A DNA stretch of 64,000 nucleotides from Dehalococcoidia bacterium. Lineage in GTDB: Bacteria > Chloroflexota > Dehalococcoidia > Lucifugimonadales > UBA1127. The notes beneath the pieces are model-generated. The model saw only the letters and a list, made by a program, of their open reading frames with translations, had not been told where the DNA came from and did not search any database. Position 1 is the stretch's first letter; every line of letters begins with the position of its first letter. The stretch covers positions 1,118,669 through 1,182,668 of the forward strand of contig OZ220679.1 in the NCBI GenBank assembly GCA_965116355.1. The letters run 5' to 3'. Both the position numbers and the translations under genes were made by a program. Positions 62,092 through 64,000 of this stretch are shown here, piece after piece.

Positions 62092-62868
62092 CTAGAGCGT
62101 CGAGAACTCGCCGCCGCCGACCTCCAGCACCTGCGCCGTGATGTAGTCGGCGTCCTCCGACGCGAGGAAGGCGATGGCTTTGGCCTGGTCCTCGGGCACC
62201 GCGACGCGTCCCACCGGGATCCGCTGCGAGTACTGCGCGCGCTGCTCCTCCGAGATGTTGTCCCAGCGGACGGCGGCGACGCGAGGCGTCAACGTCAGGC
62301 CGGGCGCGACGGAGTTCGCGGTGATCCCGAAGCCGGCGGCCTCGTGGGCGATGCGGTTGGTCAGGCCGACGATGCCCGCCTTCGACGCGACGTAGGACGC
62401 CACGATCTCCGACTTGCCGTAGCGCACCTGCGAGGAGATGTTGACGATCTTGCCCGACCCCCGCCGCTTCATGTGCGGCAGCACGGCCTGGCAGTAGAGG
62501 AACACCCCCCTGAGGTTGAAGTCGAGCACGGCCTGCCACTCGTCTACGGTCACGTCCTCAATGCGGGCGCGCGAGTTGGGCGCGCCGGCGGTGCCGCCGA
62601 GGCAGTTCACCAGGATGTCGGCGCGGCCCCAGCGGCCGACGACGTCCTCGACCGTCGCGGCAACGGCGTCCGGGTCCATGGCGTTGCTGACGAAGGGGAC
62701 GACCTCGCCGGGCAGGCCGGATAGCTCGCCCATCAGCGTCTCAAGCAACGCTCCGTCTACGTCGACGGCAGCCAGCTTGGCGCCCTCGCCGACCATGATG
62801 CGCGCCGTCGCGCTGCCGATGCCGCCGCCGGCGCCCGTGATGATGGCCACCTTGCCGTCAAACCTCAT
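62092..62868 (-). CDS. SDR-family oxidoreductase
   Basis: TGAGGGIG cofactor motif; YVASKAG catalytic motif. Confidence 0.9.
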   Translation of the reverse strand: MRFDGKVAIITGAGGGIGSATARIMVGEGAKLAAVDVDGALLETLMGELSGLPGEVVPFVSNAMDPDAVAATVEDVVGRWGRADILVNCLGGTAGAPNSRARIEDVTVDEWQAVLDFNLRGVFLYCQAVLPHMKRRGSGKIVNISSQVRYGKSEIVASYVASKAGIVGLTNRIAHEAAGFGITANSVAPGLTLTPRVAAVRWDNISEEQRAQYSQRIPVGRVAVPEDQAKAIAFLASEDADYITAQVLEVGGGEFSTL

Positions 62869-62892
62869 GCGCTTCCCCCACTTCCGGCAACC

Positions 62893-63534
62893 CTAGAAGA
62901 AGTCCTGCCGCCCCTCGAAGGCGCGGCTGATCGTGGTCTCGTCGGCATACTCCAGCTCCGCGCCGGTGGGCAGCCCCCGCGCCAGCCGCGTCACGCGCAC
63001 CTCGAGGGGTTCCAGCAGTCGGAAGAGGTACATAGACGTGGCCTCCCCCGCCATGTTGGAGTTGGTGGCGAGGATGACCTCGCGGACGGCCTCGCCGCCG
63101 GCCTCGCTCGCCTTCAGCCGATCGATCAGCTCCGACATCTTGAGCTCGTCGGGGCCGATGCCGTTCATGGGCGAGATGGCGCCGTGGAGCACGTGGTAGA
63201 GGCCGCGGTAGGCGTTCGAGCGCTCGACGGCCAGCACGTCCAGCGGCTCCTCGACGACGCAGATGGTCGAGCGGTCGCGGCTGGGGTTGGCGCAGAGGGG
63301 GCACGGGTTCTGGTCCGTGATGTTCTGGCAATGGACGCAGAGGCTGACCAGGTCCTTCACGGCGAGGATGGCCTCGGCGAGGGCGCGGGCCTCGCGGGCG
63401 GGCATGCGGACGAGGTGGTACGTGAGCCGCTGGGCGTTCTTCGCGCCGATGCCGGGCAACTTGTGGAGCTCGTCCACCAGCCGCACGACGGGCGCGGCGG
63501 CAGGGAGCCCGCTGCTGTTGGGGTTGTTGGTCAT
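62893..63534 (-). CDS. recR: recombination protein RecR
   Basis: LPGIGAKNAQRLTYHL HhH motif, CVHCQNITDQNPCPLC zinc finger, Toprim domain. Confidence 0.95.
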   Translation of the reverse strand: MTNNPNSSGLPAAAPVVRLVDELHKLPGIGAKNAQRLTYHLVRMPAREARALAEAILAVKDLVSLCVHCQNITDQNPCPLCANPSRDRSTICVVEEPLDVLAVERSNAYRGLYHVLHGAISPMNGIGPDELKMSELIDRLKASEAGGEAVREVILATNSNMAGEATSMYLFRLLEPLEVRVTRLARGLPTGAELEYADETTISRAFEGRQDFF

Positions 63535-63549
63535 GGCGCGGCCCGGCCC

Positions 63550-63855
63550 CTACCGGAGCCCGGGGATGTTGAGGCCGCCGGTGATGGCCGCCATTTTCTG
63601 TTGCGCCAGCTCCTGCGACTTCACCAGCGCCTCGTTGACGGCGGCCATGACCATCTCCTCCAGCACCTCGAGGTCGTCGGGGTCGACGGCTCCGGGGTCG
63701 ATGGTGATGGACGCGACGGTCTGCTTGCCGGTGACGACGGCCTTCACCATGCCGCCGCCCGCCGATGCCTCGACGGTCGCGCTCTCCAGCTCCTCCTGCA
63801 TCTTGGCGAGGCGCTGCTGAAGCTGCTGCGCCTGCCGCATCATGTTCCGGTTCAT
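63550..63855 (-). CDS. ybaB: nucleoid-associated protein YbaB/EbfC
   Basis: MNRNMMRQAQQLQQRLAKMQEEL...GGGMVKAVVTGK... Confidence 0.95.
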   Translation of the reverse strand: MNRNMMRQAQQLQQRLAKMQEELESATVEASAGGGMVKAVVTGKQTVASITIDPGAVDPDDLEVLEEMVMAAVNEALVKSQELAQQKMAAITGGLNIPGLR

Positions 63856-64000
63856 TCCGGCTCCTCCTGCTCCTGGATGATCTTGGCGCCAAGGGACACC
63901 GCGCTGCGCACCAGGTGCCCGTGGGTGTTGTTCGGCAGGTCGGCGGCCTCACCCGTCTCGACCCGCACGCTGAGTTCGCCGCCGAGGGCGCCGGCCACGG
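63852..64000 (-). CDS. dnaX: 3' end of an upstream gene, probably dnaX (DNA polymerase III gamma/tau), partial
   Basis: Own translation ends ...SLGAKIIQEQEEPE-stop, with TGA overlapping the ybaB ATG (ATGA). The call rests on the conserved dnaX-ybaB-recR synteny only. Confidence 0.45.
   Translation of the reverse strand, partial: VAGALGGELSVRVETGEAADLPNNTHGHLVRSAVSLGAKIIQEQEEPE

Noticed and set aside
1-64000. rRNA, tRNA, tmRNA, transposase and integrase genes
   Set aside because: I could identify none in any intergenic gap. This was manual inspection only, so a tRNAscan/Infernal run would be decisive.

Overview
High-G+C bacterial chromosomal fragment (by eye about two-thirds G+C). The repeat families, frequent GTG/TTG starts and a likely leaderless gene fit a Chloroflexota-like genome, but that is only a guess. 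The backbone is housekeeping and metabolic: nrdR-nrdJ, cytochrome c, an M16 peptidase, a peptide-type ABC importer, a form-II cox-like Mo-hydroxylase cluster (coxG/S/L/M/D/E), pyk, two ABC-2 exporter pairs, qNOR, a sulfatase, ppdK, recF, a Rieske oxygenase/TPP enzyme/OCD cluster, lctP, an acyl-CoA dehydrogenase, recO, and dnaX(partial)-ybaB-recR. At least five visibly lower-G+C insertions interrupt it, and none has a recombinase in the window. (1) 8.4-10.8 kb: a DUF5131(Gp37/Gp68)-TcmP-small protein module behind a promoter overlapped by LexA-box-like sites. (2) 14.8-15.4 kb: a HicB-like pair. (3) 20.1-21.3 kb: an AbiJ/HEPN-like gene. (4) 28.1-31.7 kb: a BcgI-like RM+S restriction system. (5) 33.3-37.3 kb: an AT-rich tract, an Fn3 secreted protein, HigB, a HigA-ImmA fusion and a HAD hydrolase. 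A host-like-G+C phage structural remnant (HK97-type capsid, connector-like, Asp-box tail-like protein) lies at 15.5-20.0 kb. Its capsid gene shares an exact 28-bp promoter-proximal element with the small gene of island 1. An Rdx/SelW-like selenoprotein gene with an in-frame UGA (2443..2712, minus strand) is missing from the ORF track. Intergenic DNA carries several families of palindromic REP-like elements. I found no rRNA, tRNA, CRISPR array or transposase. Many long ORFs in the track are antisense artefacts of high G+C.
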